A stretch of DNA of 64,000 nt, taken from NCBI GenBank assembly GCA_046483495.1, contig JAWODC010000067.1:96001-160000 (forward strand), written 5' to 3'. The stretch's first letter is position 1. Every line of letters starts with the position of its first letter. A program made the position numbers and the translations under genes. The notes under the pieces are model-generated. The model was given only the letters and a program-made list of their open reading frames with translations, made no database searches and was not told where the DNA came from. The DNA comes from Desulfobacterales bacterium. Its GTDB lineage: Bacteria > Desulfobacterota > Desulfobacteria > Desulfobacterales > UBA5616. Shown one piece after another: positions 18,942 to 28,736 of this stretch.

Positions 18942-19336
18942 ATGTCCTCCTGCTGGTTCGATAAAGAGAATGGATGGAATGCAGGGTGATTGAAGTATCT
19001 TTATCCGTATCGATTTCTTATGCTTTTTGTCAAGCGAATTGTCCGGCCGCATTTCGGTTGTGCCGGAGGATTATGGGTTATCGTATAACTTTGGTTTTAC
19101 ATGACAGATAGGTTTAGACCATTCGCCGGATAGAAGGAGCGGGACGGGCGAAACGGGATAGATGTCTGACAGGCGGTGAATAAACGGTGTCCAGGAAAAA
19201 AACTTGTTTTGAAAATATGAGTCGGGTATGCTTTTCGGCCATTGCTAAGGGCCGACAGGGGCACGGGCGGCTTGAATAAAAGCCGGGTGCCCCTTTATGA
19301 AAATGTGTAAATGAAGGCAAGAAGGAGGGGTGCTTT

Positions 19337-20572
19337 ATGCGGGAGCGACATGTGTCAGGTGAAAACGGCCGTCCCGGACCCTTGGAAGGCATACGGGTGG
19401 TTGAGTACGGCGTTTTCCATGCCGGACCCGGTGCCGGTGCCATTTTAGGGGATCTCGGCGCCGAGGTTATCAAGATCGAGGCGGCCTCCGGCGACCCCAT
19501 GCGAAAATGGAGCCGGACGGGTATGGTCGTATTTGGGCTGCCAAACGGCAAGAGCGCCATGTTCGAGGTTTCAAACCGGAATAAGAAGGGGATTTGCCTG
19601 AACATCAAAATGGAAAGCGGGCGTGAGGTGTTTCTCCGCCTGATTAAAAAGGCGGATGTTTTCCTCACCAACCTGCGCCCTGAAACGAAGGTTGCGTTGG
19701 GCATCGATTATACGACACTCGCCAAAGTCAATCCGAAGATGATTCATGCTAATGTCTCCGGATACGGCCCCAAAGGGCCTTTGTCCAACCTGGGGGCGTT
19801 CGACCCGCTGGGACAGGCCCGCTCCGGAATGGCGTTTCTGGCCGGGAATGATTATCCGACGCCGCTTCATCTCGGCATTCTGGATCAGTCCACGGCGATT
19901 GCTGCGAGCCACGCGATTATTACGGCTCTTCTCGCCAGGGAAAGGCAGGGCATGGGTCAGGAGATTCATATTTCACTTTTCAGTACGGCTATGTGGTTGA
20001 TGTACTGTAACTTCATGATCAAATCCTTTGTCGGGGTGGATCCCGCTGTGCGATGGGACAGGTCTTTGAATTCACCGCTTCGAAATGCATTTCAATGCAG
20101 TGACGGCAAATGGATCATCGGAACGAATCATCCGGAGGAAAAATGGTGGCCCGTACTGTGCAGGGCCACGGGTCAGGAACATCTCATCGAAGATCCCCGA
20201 TTTATCGATCAGGAAAGTCGATTTGCCAATTGTCCGGATCTGGTGGCGGTTTTTGACCGCGTGTTTTTGACGAAAACCCGGGACGAATGGATGGAAATTT
20301 TTGTACGGGAACAGCTCATGTTCAGCTCCGTACAGCAGCTCGAAGAGGTTTTCTCCGATCCCCAAGCCCTGGCAAATGATTATATGACCACGATTGCATC
20401 TCCGTTCGGTGAAATGCAGGTGCCGGGGTATCCTTTTCACTTCAGTGAACATACGGCCGGAATGAAAAGCTTTGCGCCCGAAATCGGCGAACATACCGAT
20501 GATGTATTGAGGGAGTTGGGCTATGATGACACCCAAATCGCGGAAATGAAACAGGACGGTGTCGCCGGTTGA
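19337..20572 (+). CDS. Class III (CaiB/BaiF) CoA-transferase
   Basis: PLEGIRVVE, LGDLGAEVIKIE, NRNKK, GILDQ (catalytic Asp), APEIGEHT. Confidence 0.92.
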   Translation: MRERHVSGENGRPGPLEGIRVVEYGVFHAGPGAGAILGDLGAEVIKIEAASGDPMRKWSRTGMVVFGLPNGKSAMFEVSNRNKKGICLNIKMESGREVFLRLIKKADVFLTNLRPETKVALGIDYTTLAKVNPKMIHANVSGYGPKGPLSNLGAFDPLGQARSGMAFLAGNDYPTPLHLGILDQSTAIAASHAIITALLARERQGMGQEIHISLFSTAMWLMYCNFMIKSFVGVDPAVRWDRSLNSPLRNAFQCSDGKWIIGTNHPEEKWWPVLCRATGQEHLIEDPRFIDQESRFANCPDLVAVFDRVFLTKTRDEWMEIFVREQLMFSSVQQLEEVFSDPQALANDYMTTIASPFGEMQVPGYPFHFSEHTAGMKSFAPEIGEHTDDVLRELGYDDTQIAEMKQDGVAG

Positions 20573-20666
20573 ACAGGAAAGGTCCCGGCTCGTGGCGGGA
20601 CCTGCCGCCCCGCCTTCGTTTTAAACGGCCGATAACGGACGGTTCCGCCGATCAGGTGTTCGAGGC

Positions 20667-22157
20667 CTAATGCTTTCTGATAAAGGTGCTGTATTCGACC
20701 ATGCATGACATGATGCGGGCGGCCGTATCCGGGGTTCTGAACACGGGATAGCCCTTCCGGCCGAGGCGGTAAAATATGCGTTCTTCCATGTCTCCCACGG
20801 CAAAGGGGATTTCGGTGGCGGTGATCAGCGGCTTCCGGTAATAGTGCGACATCTCTTTTACCGTATCGGCTGCCTGCGAAAGCTGATCGAGTGTATCCAA
20901 AATATGCGCCTCGATTTTTTCGGCCGATGTATCCGGTGATATCGGTCTGATTTTAATGAAGCCCATTATACCCAATAGGATGATGCAGTCCGTTTCAGGG
21001 GCTTTGAACAGAATTTCAAGGGACTTCATCAATGCCCCTTCTATATTGCCGGCGACCATGTCCACCGGGTTTCCCGGGTTCCACCACGGAGGCAGAATTT
21101 CGTCAAGCGCTGAAAGCGTTTTTTCAGAAAGCGTCACCACATCCAGGCCGTATCGGGCAGCGGCGTCCGCGGCCAAGACACCCCAACCGCCACCCATGGT
21201 TACGATAGCGGTTTTATTTCCGCGAGCCGGCGGCTGATTAATGAATCCCATGCCGATATTGAAGAGATCTTCCATGTTTCGTGCTCGAATGATGCCGGCC
21301 TGCCGGCAAGCACCCTGGAAAGCGGCGTCCATACCGGCAAGCGAAGCGGTGTGGGACATCGCCGCCTTTGCCCCGGCTTCCGTTCCGCCGGCTTTCAGTA
21401 TGACGATCGGTTTTTTCAGGGCGACATCCTTAGCCGTTTCAAAGAACCGCCTGCCGTTTCGAAATCCTTCGATATAGCTGATGATGACCTCGGTGCCGGG
21501 ATCATTTGCCATGAAATCGAAAAAGTCCTCGCAATGGAGATCGGCTTCATTGCCGCTGCTGACGGCTATTCCGATTCCGAATCCCGTCTTTATGGCGCGC
21601 TGACTCAAAGAGGTGGCGACATTGCCGCTTTGGGACACGATTGAAATTTTTCCGTCCGGCGGAAATACCATCGGCATTTGGGGGAAAAGCTTTTTCGACG
21701 GCCGTAAGATGCCGTTGCAGTTGGGGCCCACCAGGATCATTCCCCCTTTTGCAGCCCGCTCGACCATTTCCGCCTGGAGTTTTTCACCGTGTGCCCCCAC
21801 TTCGGCAAAACCGGCCGTGATCACAAGCCCGGCACGGATGCCCTTAGCCGCGCATTCATCAATGGCCTTGGGAACAGCATCCGGAGGAATGACGATGACG
21901 GCCAGATCGGGTACGGACGGTAATTCCCGAATACCGGGATAGGCGGTGATTCCCTGGACATGCTTTTCGTTGGGATTTACGGGGAAAATTTTTCCTGTAT
22001 ATCCGCCGTTTATCAGGTTTCGCAGTACGATGAAGCCCCATTTGCCGACAGCATTGGAAGCCCCTATGAAAGCGATGGATTTTGGATCGAACAACGGTTG
22101 AAACTTGGCATCCACGTTCAAACGGTTACGTTCCTTTTTCTGAATTGATTCAAGCAT
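20667..22157 (-). CDS. ADP-forming acyl-CoA synthetase alpha-subunit family
   Basis: FIGAS, FPVNP, AGFAE, GPNCNG, SQSG, SGNEAD, AAMSHTASLAG, NPVD; start uncertain (22157 or 22193). Confidence 0.88.
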   Translation of the reverse strand: MLESIQKKERNRLNVDAKFQPLFDPKSIAFIGASNAVGKWGFIVLRNLINGGYTGKIFPVNPNEKHVQGITAYPGIRELPSVPDLAVIVIPPDAVPKAIDECAAKGIRAGLVITAGFAEVGAHGEKLQAEMVERAAKGGMILVGPNCNGILRPSKKLFPQMPMVFPPDGKISIVSQSGNVATSLSQRAIKTGFGIGIAVSSGNEADLHCEDFFDFMANDPGTEVIISYIEGFRNGRRFFETAKDVALKKPIVILKAGGTEAGAKAAMSHTASLAGMDAAFQGACRQAGIIRARNMEDLFNIGMGFINQPPARGNKTAIVTMGGGWGVLAADAAARYGLDVVTLSEKTLSALDEILPPWWNPGNPVDMVAGNIEGALMKSLEILFKAPETDCIILLGIMGFIKIRPISPDTSAEKIEAHILDTLDQLSQAADTVKEMSHYYRKPLITATEIPFAVGDMEERIFYRLGRKGYPVFRTPDTAARIMSCMVEYSTFIRKH

Positions 22158-22313
22158 AGGTATCCTGTTTTCGTGTTGCAGATCGAAGCCCAAACCTCCT
22201 GATTCGAGATGGTGCGTCGCATAAAAACTTTACTTCTAAACTCAGGCCGATCAAAAATCAAGATTTTTCCCTTGTTCTCATCGTACCGATGCAATGATAA
22301 GTGCATTGAGGGA

Positions 22314-22342
22314 TTGACACCATCGGTTTGTTTGGGTAAAAA
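22314..22342 (+). promoter_or_regulatory. Putative sigma70 promoter for the acyl-CoA dehydrogenase pair
   Basis: TTGACA-N17-TAAAAA. Confidence 0.5.
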
Positions 22343-22495
22343 TTCAGCATTCCATGCAATATAGGTCTTTTCGAGAGCCGCCGGCATTTGGCCGGTCACC
22401 TCTTTTCAAATCGTATTCGAGTGTCCTTCAAGAACGTAAAACGCCTATAATGAAGGGGCGTTCGGTAGTCTCCTCTAACCCACAAGGAGGTATCT

Positions 22496-23716
22496 ATGGA
22501 ATTCGGATTTACCGAAGCACAAGAAAAACTGAGACAGGAGATCCGGGAATTTTTTATGAATGAACTCCCGGAAGATTATGAGCCTGGATTCAACAATTTG
22601 ATGGGAAAGGAGGTCCAGGACTGGTGGATGCGGTTGAAAGAAAAGGCCATTCAAAAGGGCTATTATGTGCCCGGGTGGCCTGAAGGATACGGCGGGTCAG
22701 GGTTTACGGAGATGGAGCAGAGCATTCTCGACGAGGAGCAGGGGCATTTCGGCATTACGTGGCCGGATTTCTTAGGCCTTCACCTGGTGGGACCCAGCCT
22801 CATGATGTTCGGCACAGAAGAACAGAAAAAACGGTGGATTCCACCCATCGCCAGAGGTGAAACGGTGTGTTTCGAAGCGTTTACCGAACCCAACGCCGGA
22901 TCCGACGAGGCCAATATCGGCTGCCGGGCTGAAGAAGACGGAAATGATTTCATTTTTAACGGCCAAAAAATCTTTATCAGCGGATGGTACAAGCCCAACT
23001 GGCTGTTTACATTGGCCAGAACACGGGACATCATTCCCAAGCACCGGGGGTTGAGCCTGTTTCTGGTGCCCGCGGATCTGCCCGGGATTTCCTATCGACC
23101 GCTGGCCACCATGGGCGGCGGCCGTCAAAATTATGTATTTTTCGATAATGTGCGGGTGCCCAAGGACAATCTGCTGGGCCAATTGCACCGCGGGTTTTAT
23201 CATGCCATGCAGGTCTTTGAGTTCGAGCGGCGGATGACCGGGGACGCCGCCGGGGGAAAGCGGCTGATCCAGGAGCTGATCGCGTTCTGCAAGGAGACCC
23301 TTTCAGGCGGTAAACGGCTGATGGATTATCCTGAAATTCGCAAAAAACTGGCCAAACTGGCTGTTGAAAACGAAGTCCAGCGCCTGGCCGGGTGGTATTC
23401 GGCCTGGCGGTTTACCGAAAGAGAGAAACTCGGTCCGGCGCCGTATGAACTGAGCAACTATTACGCGAAAAAATACGGTGCACCCCATGCCAAAGCGATG
23501 CTGGACATTTTAGGGCTTTACGGTCAATTAAGCCCCGGTTCCAAATGGGCGGCTTTGGCCGGGAGACTCGAGCGGATGTGGAAAGTGACGCGAAGCCTTC
23601 ACGCGGGCGGCACATTCGAAGTGATTAAAATCGTTCTTGCTCAACGCGGACTGGGGCTTCCCAGAATACCCGCCCACATGATGAAAGCCATCGGCGAAGA
23701 GGTTATGAAAAAATAG
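22496..23716 (+). CDS. Acyl-CoA dehydrogenase, catalytic subunit of a probable heteromeric pair
   Basis: WPEGYGG, FTEPNAGSD, NGQKIF, PKHRGLSLF, FEFER, AGGTFEV...RGLGLPR. Confidence 0.9.
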   Translation: MEFGFTEAQEKLRQEIREFFMNELPEDYEPGFNNLMGKEVQDWWMRLKEKAIQKGYYVPGWPEGYGGSGFTEMEQSILDEEQGHFGITWPDFLGLHLVGPSLMMFGTEEQKKRWIPPIARGETVCFEAFTEPNAGSDEANIGCRAEEDGNDFIFNGQKIFISGWYKPNWLFTLARTRDIIPKHRGLSLFLVPADLPGISYRPLATMGGGRQNYVFFDNVRVPKDNLLGQLHRGFYHAMQVFEFERRMTGDAAGGKRLIQELIAFCKETLSGGKRLMDYPEIRKKLAKLAVENEVQRLAGWYSAWRFTEREKLGPAPYELSNYYAKKYGAPHAKAMLDILGLYGQLSPGSKWAALAGRLERMWKVTRSLHAGGTFEVIKIVLAQRGLGLPRIPAHMMKAIGEEVMKK

Positions 23717-23728
23717 GGAGGTGATGAT

Positions 23729-24988
23729 ATGGATTTTGGAATCAGTAAAGAACAGCAAATGCTGAAAAAAGAAGCCCGGAACTTTCTCGAAAAAGAATGT
23801 CCGGAAGAATTGGTCCGGGAAATGGAGAGGGGGAATGCCGGCCATTCACCGGATCTCTGGCGAAAAATCGCCGATCTCGGGTGGCTGGGGCTGCCCTTTC
23901 CTGAAACCTACGGTGGATTGGGCGGGGATCTGATCGACCAGATGCTGATCTTCGAGGAAATGGGCAGGGCCATGTTTCCGGGGCCGTACCTGTCCACGGT
24001 AACGCTGTGCGGATCGATCATTCTGGCCGCCGGTACCGAGGAACAAAAAAAGGAATGGCTGACCAAAATATCGGATGGCGCCCTTATCTGCGCACTCGCT
24101 GTAACCGAACCGGACGGCGCATGGGGAGACCGGGCATGGGATGCCGAAGGCATTGAACTGGCGGCGGTCAAAGACGGTGGCGATTATGTTTTGAACGGAA
24201 CGAAGCTTTTCGTACATGACGCCGTTGCTGCGGACATCATCTTTTGCGCAGCCAGAACCAAACCATCGGAGAAGGCGGAAGACGGCATCACGATTTTTGC
24301 CGTGGACACCGGTGCTCGAGGGCTTACCATCGAGCCTCTCAAAACCATTGCCAATGACAAGCAGTGTGAGGTCGTTTTCGATGGGGTCCGCGTTCCGAAA
24401 TCCGCAGTCGTAGGTCCGGTTGGCGGAGGATGGCCGTTTGTGTATCAGGCGATACAGCACGGGGCGGTGATGCTGTGCGCCCAGATGGTCGGGGCCGGGG
24501 AGGAACTGCTGCGCCTTTCTGTCGATCACGCAAAAAGCCGTGTCCAGTTCGATGCACCCGTCGGCATAAACCAATACGTCCAGGGGCATTGCACCGATTT
24601 GGTCTCAGACGTCGAAGGGTGCAGATACGTGACCTGCCAGGCGGCATGGCGGTTGAGCCGGAGCATGCCGGCCGAATACGAGACGGCCGCAGCCAAGGCA
24701 TGGACCGGTGAAGCTTTTGAAAGAGCGTGTCTGGCTGCCCATGCGGTGTTGGCCGGCTACGGCTATACCTCCAAAGACGGCGTTATCCCCATGTACTCCA
24801 GGCGTGGAAAAACGCAGCAGCTTTACCTGGGAAACACGGATTACTGGTTGGGAAAAATTGCCGATCACCTGGAAACATGGACGTTCGAGCGGCCCAAAGG
24901 AAAGCCGTTGGGATTATGGAAAACACCACCCGATGAGGAGACCCCGGACTGGGATGTGTGGACCCCGGAGGATATATTGGAGGTTTAA
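23729..24988 (+). CDS. Acyl-CoA dehydrogenase, partner subunit of a probable heteromeric pair
   Basis: LWRKIADLGWLGL, LNGTKLFV, RVQFDAPVG; lacks the C-terminal GGT/S-E motif; starts 12 bp after the upstream ACAD. Confidence 0.88.
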   Translation: MDFGISKEQQMLKKEARNFLEKECPEELVREMERGNAGHSPDLWRKIADLGWLGLPFPETYGGLGGDLIDQMLIFEEMGRAMFPGPYLSTVTLCGSIILAAGTEEQKKEWLTKISDGALICALAVTEPDGAWGDRAWDAEGIELAAVKDGGDYVLNGTKLFVHDAVAADIIFCAARTKPSEKAEDGITIFAVDTGARGLTIEPLKTIANDKQCEVVFDGVRVPKSAVVGPVGGGWPFVYQAIQHGAVMLCAQMVGAGEELLRLSVDHAKSRVQFDAPVGINQYVQGHCTDLVSDVEGCRYVTCQAAWRLSRSMPAEYETAAAKAWTGEAFERACLAAHAVLAGYGYTSKDGVIPMYSRRGKTQQLYLGNTDYWLGKIADHLETWTFERPKGKPLGLWKTPPDEETPDWDVWTPEDILEV

Positions 24989-24994
24989 GGGTCC

Positions 24995-25035
24995 CCTATC
25001 GAATCAGGATATAAAAATTATCCTGATTCGATAGG
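24995..25035. terminator. Perfect 17 bp hairpin between the convergent ACAD and csp genes
   Basis: CCTATCGAATCAGGATA-N7-TATCCTGATTCGATAGG. Confidence 0.7.
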
Positions 25036-25044
25036 TTGAGTGAT

Positions 25045-25245
25045 TTACTTTTGGACGACATTCACGGCTGCAGGGCCTTTATTGCCCTGCTCGATTTCGA
25101 AAGAAACCCGGTCCCCTTCGTTCAGGGATTTGAAACCGGTTCCTTGAATACCCGAATAATGCACGAAAATATCCGGTCCGTCTTCCTGCTCGATAAAACC
25201 ATACCCTTTTTTTTCATCAAACCATTTTACGATTCCATCCGCCAA
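25045..25245 (-). CDS. cspA: Cold-shock protein (CspA family)
   Basis: [30 protein letters not shown]-like end ([10 protein letters not shown]); TTG start with G-rich RBS. The paralog letter cannot be assigned. Confidence 0.95.
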   Translation of the reverse strand: MADGIVKWFDEKKGYGFIEQEDGPDIFVHYSGIQGTGFKSLNEGDRVSFEIEQGNKGPAAVNVVQK

Positions 25246-25575
25246 AGTAGCATTCCCCCCTTTCTGTTTTGTTTTGGTTCCACTGTTCAGGATGCCACTT
25301 CAGCAAAATGGACATTCCTCGTAGAACAAATCTCAAGCACAAGCGATAGCAGTCGTTGCTATGATAATGTGTTTTACTTTTAAATCAAGAATTTTTTGAA
25401 AAAATGTGAGGTGACTCCATACGGGCAACGGGAAGGGTACTGCGGAATATTGGGTGTTGCATTATGGGGGCTTTGGCGGTATACGGTTGCTGAGAATTGA
25501 AAACCGCCGATGCTTTCACACTTGTCTCTTTGTCGACTTTCCTGTTTTATTACATAGCCGCCAAAAGGAGGATGC

Positions 25576-26565
25576 ATGAAAAAAAATAGTGTAAATACGG
25601 TTACCGGACCCATTTCTCCGGATGATCTTGGAATTACATTGATGCATGAACACATCATTTTCGGTTATCCCGGCTGGTACGGCGACAGCACCATGGCTCC
25701 TTTTGACCGGGAAGCGGCGGTATCGGCGGGTTTGAAAACCATGGAGGAGATCAAATCGTACGGTGTGGCGTCCTTTGTAGATGCGACACCCAATGAGACG
25801 GGCAGGGACGTGATGCTGCTCAAAGAAGTGTCCGAAAAATCGGGTGTGAATATCATATGTTCGACGGGCTTTTATTTCGAGGGGATGGGGGCTTCACCCT
25901 ATTTTAAATTCCGCAGTGTGGTCTCGGATGCCGTGGAAGAAATCCATGATATGTTCATGACGGAAATCACCCGGGGAATCGGAAAAACCGGCATAAAGGC
26001 CGGCGCCATCAAACTGGCCAGCGGCAAAGATGTGATCACCGACTATGAACGGATGTTCTTTACAGCCGCCGCCAGGGCCCAGAAAGAAACCGGTGTTCCG
26101 ATTATCACTCACACCCAGGGGGGCAGCATGGGACCGGAGCAGGCAAAGCTGCTCATTGAAGAGGGAGCCGATCCCGCCCAGGTAATGATCGGGCATATGA
26201 GTGACAACGTCGATGTTCATTACCACATGGAAGTCCTGAAGCAAGGGGTGTATGACTCATTTGACCGCATGGGCATTCAAGTTGTGGAAGACTGCCCCAT
26301 GGATATCGAAAAGTACGCCGTAATCATCGGTCTGATCGGCACAGGGCATCTTGACAGAATCATAATTTCCCATGATACGATCGCTTATTGGCTGGGCAGG
26401 CCGAATCCCGAACTTCCGGAAGCTTACCGTCCGCTGCTGGAGAATTATCATATAACACACGTATTTAAAAACATCCTTCCCTTTTTTAAAAAGGCGGGCA
26501 TTACCGATGAGCAGGTCAACACCATTATGTCGGAAAACCCCCGCCGCCTTTTTGCGGGAGGATAA
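25576..26565 (+). CDS. Phosphotriesterase-related amidohydrolase
   Basis: VTGPI...GITLMHEH, GRDV, IKAGAIK, IITHT, IGH, ISHD, ENPRR. Confidence 0.92.
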   Translation: MKKNSVNTVTGPISPDDLGITLMHEHIIFGYPGWYGDSTMAPFDREAAVSAGLKTMEEIKSYGVASFVDATPNETGRDVMLLKEVSEKSGVNIICSTGFYFEGMGASPYFKFRSVVSDAVEEIHDMFMTEITRGIGKTGIKAGAIKLASGKDVITDYERMFFTAAARAQKETGVPIITHTQGGSMGPEQAKLLIEEGADPAQVMIGHMSDNVDVHYHMEVLKQGVYDSFDRMGIQVVEDCPMDIEKYAVIIGLIGTGHLDRIIISHDTIAYWLGRPNPELPEAYRPLLENYHITHVFKNILPFFKKAGITDEQVNTIMSENPRRLFAGG

Positions 26566-27237
26566 GATGCGAGACATCGGAAACGGATTCTAAGTTCATG
26601 ACCCGGTCCACCAGTTTTTCGACCGGTAAATCGCCGGTGTTTTCCCGTGCCAGCAGAAAAAATTTTTCAATCACTTCCCCGCGGCTCAACGGATTCTCCG
26701 GATCACCTTTAGGGATGTCCACTTCACCATATAAAATGCTGCCGGTTCGGGTTCTGATCTCAACCCGGTTCCGGTAGTGTGCCAGTATCGGTAATGCTTC
26801 GGACCGGACGCCATTGCAACCCGAATGCCGACCTCGTATCCCGCCGCAATGGCCGTTATCAGCTCTTCTCCTGAGATATGTGCGCGCTCGGCCGCCGCAA
26901 ACACAGCGGGTATAATCGAAGCCGACGGGTGGAAAATGGCGCCTCTGTGGAGATCATCCATTTCCTTTACATGCGAAGACGCCCCGTTCACCAGGGCGGC
27001 GAAGAGACAGGGGCCTCTGGTGAGTTCCGGCAATACAACGGCTTCCGGTTCTCCGCCCATGCTTTTGAGCACATGATTGATGATGTTTACGGGCGGTTCG
27101 GATCGCCCTGCAAATGCCGATCCAAGCCAGTCGATAAAAAATGTCTTCAGTTGAAACACCTGGTTTTCTGTGAGTCGGGTAAAGGAGAGTTCGGCGACAA
27201 ATTCAGCCAGTTTTTCTGCAGCGGTTTTTTCTTTCAT
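26525..27237 (-). pseudogene. MmgE/PrpD family gene with large internal deletion and frameshift
   Basis: N-terminal part (EMDDLH, FHPS, AGYEV, YWHTTGT) is joined at about 26767, out of frame, to the C-terminal part (RVEIRTRTG...VDIPKGDPENPLS...EKF). Confidence 0.85.
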
Positions 27238-27512
27238 GGCGTTTGGATCGTTTTGATCGTTTGGTCGTTAAGAACGTTGGAACGAACCCAACGTTCCTAA
27301 GAAGTACATACCGTAAAAAGCGGAATCCGGCAAGCAGGGGATGTCTTGAAAGTTTTCTTGCCGGGTAAGTCGTTCACCTTTTCCTCAATGCCGTATATGA
27401 AGTGCTGTACGGGATTTTTGAATACGGCCCATGAAAATGAGGTTGACAAGCAGTCAAAAAATGCGGTTAGAAGCATAAAAGCGATTTTTTCACCGAAACA
27501 GGAAAAGGCGAC

Positions 27513-28067
27513 ATGGAATTTGTGTTTTGCCCCTACTGCCGGGAAAGGCTTATCACGATTGACAACAAAGGGATCAATCGATTGTATTGCTCTTCCTGCG
27601 GCATTACCCATTACCGAAATCCCACGGTGGGTGTGGCGGTTATCGTCGTCAAGAACCGGGAAATACTTCTGGTAAAACGTCTGGGTACTTACGAAGGCAT
27701 GTGGTGCATTCCCTGCGGGCATTTGGAATGGAATGAAGACGTCCGGCAGGCGGCTTGCCGGGAAGCGTTTGAAGAGACCGGCCTTAAGATCGATATCGGG
27801 CCGGTGTTTACCGTTCATTCGAATTTTCACGATATGGACCGTCAGACCGTTGGAATCTGGTTCTGGGGCAAGTGGGTCGGCGGTGGTTTGAAGGCCGGTT
27901 CGGATGCGGAGAAGGTCCGATTTTTCGCCCTGGATGCATTGCCCGAAAATATGGCATTCCCGACCGACCTGCTCGTGTGCAGGCATGTAAAACGCTGCCT
28001 CGATGCAGGGGATATGCCCGACTGGCTGAACACCTGCGCTTCGGACCAATGGCATTTTGGAAAATAG
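27513..28067 (+). CDS. NUDIX hydrolase with N-terminal zinc ribbon
   Basis: FCPYC...CSSCG...YRNP, Nudix box [33 protein letters not shown]. Confidence 0.9.
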   Translation: MEFVFCPYCRERLITIDNKGINRLYCSSCGITHYRNPTVGVAVIVVKNREILLVKRLGTYEGMWCIPCGHLEWNEDVRQAACREAFEETGLKIDIGPVFTVHSNFHDMDRQTVGIWFWGKWVGGGLKAGSDAEKVRFFALDALPENMAFPTDLLVCRHVKRCLDAGDMPDWLNTCASDQWHFGK

Positions 28068-28082
28068 TCCCCGAATTTTAAG

Positions 28083-28228
28083 GCGTGTCCACCCGGAAGT
28101 GGACACATTCACTTCCGGTAAAGGCGGCAGGGAAATTGTAACAGCAGAAACACCTTACGTATATTGAGGATTAAAATTCCCGTCCAACGAAGAGATGGAA
28201 TGTATCAGCCATTGCTGTATGTGCACGA
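28083..28228 (-). repeat. ~146 bp MITE/REP-like element, copy 3 (inverted, degenerate)
   Basis: Reverse complement GTGCACATACAGCAATGGCTGAT...GGGAATTTTAATCCTCAATATACG...GTTACAATTTCCC...GCCGCCTT...TTCCGGGTGGACAC aligns end to end with copy 2. Confidence 0.8.
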
Positions 28229-28239
28229 ACGAGAAAAAG

Positions 28240-28713
28240 ATGAGCATTATTCGAAATAAGACGATCGAGGGCTTGAAAGCAGGCGACTGCTTTTCGACAA
28301 AACGGATGTTTACGGCTTCGGAAGTGGCGCAGTTTGCCGAGATGTCCAAGGATTATAACCCGATTCACTTCGATGACCGGTTTGTTGATACCAAGGGGCT
28401 TTCCGGCCGGATCTGCCACGGTCTTCTGGTGGGTTCGCTGATCACGGAAATCGGCGGACAGATCGGGTGGCTGGCATCCGGAATCAATTTTAAATTCAAA
28501 AAGCCGGTGTTCATCAATGATACGGTGACATGCACACTGACCATCGTTCACATGGATGAAAACGGAAAAGCGGTGGCTGCAGCGGAATTCGTAAATCAAG
28601 AGGGCATCTGCGTAATGACGGCGGAGCTGTTCGGTTTCATTCCCATGGGTAAAGACCGCGAGGTGCTGAAAACCATGGTTGCGGAAGGCGATCCGACAAA
28701 CAGACTCCGGTGA
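28240..28713 (+). CDS. MaoC-family (R)-specific enoyl-CoA hydratase/dehydratase
   Basis: FAEMSKDYNPIHFD, RICHGLL, FKKPVFIND. Confidence 0.9.
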   Translation: MSIIRNKTIEGLKAGDCFSTKRMFTASEVAQFAEMSKDYNPIHFDDRFVDTKGLSGRICHGLLVGSLITEIGGQIGWLASGINFKFKKPVFINDTVTCTLTIVHMDENGKAVAAAEFVNQEGICVMTAELFGFIPMGKDREVLKTMVAEGDPTNRLR

Positions 28714-28736
28714 ACCGTGGAAAAAACGAGTGATGA

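Noticed and set aside
19258..19280. sigma54 promoter GGCACG...TTGAA upstream of the CoA-transferase
   Set aside because: It does not satisfy the GG-N10-GC spacing.
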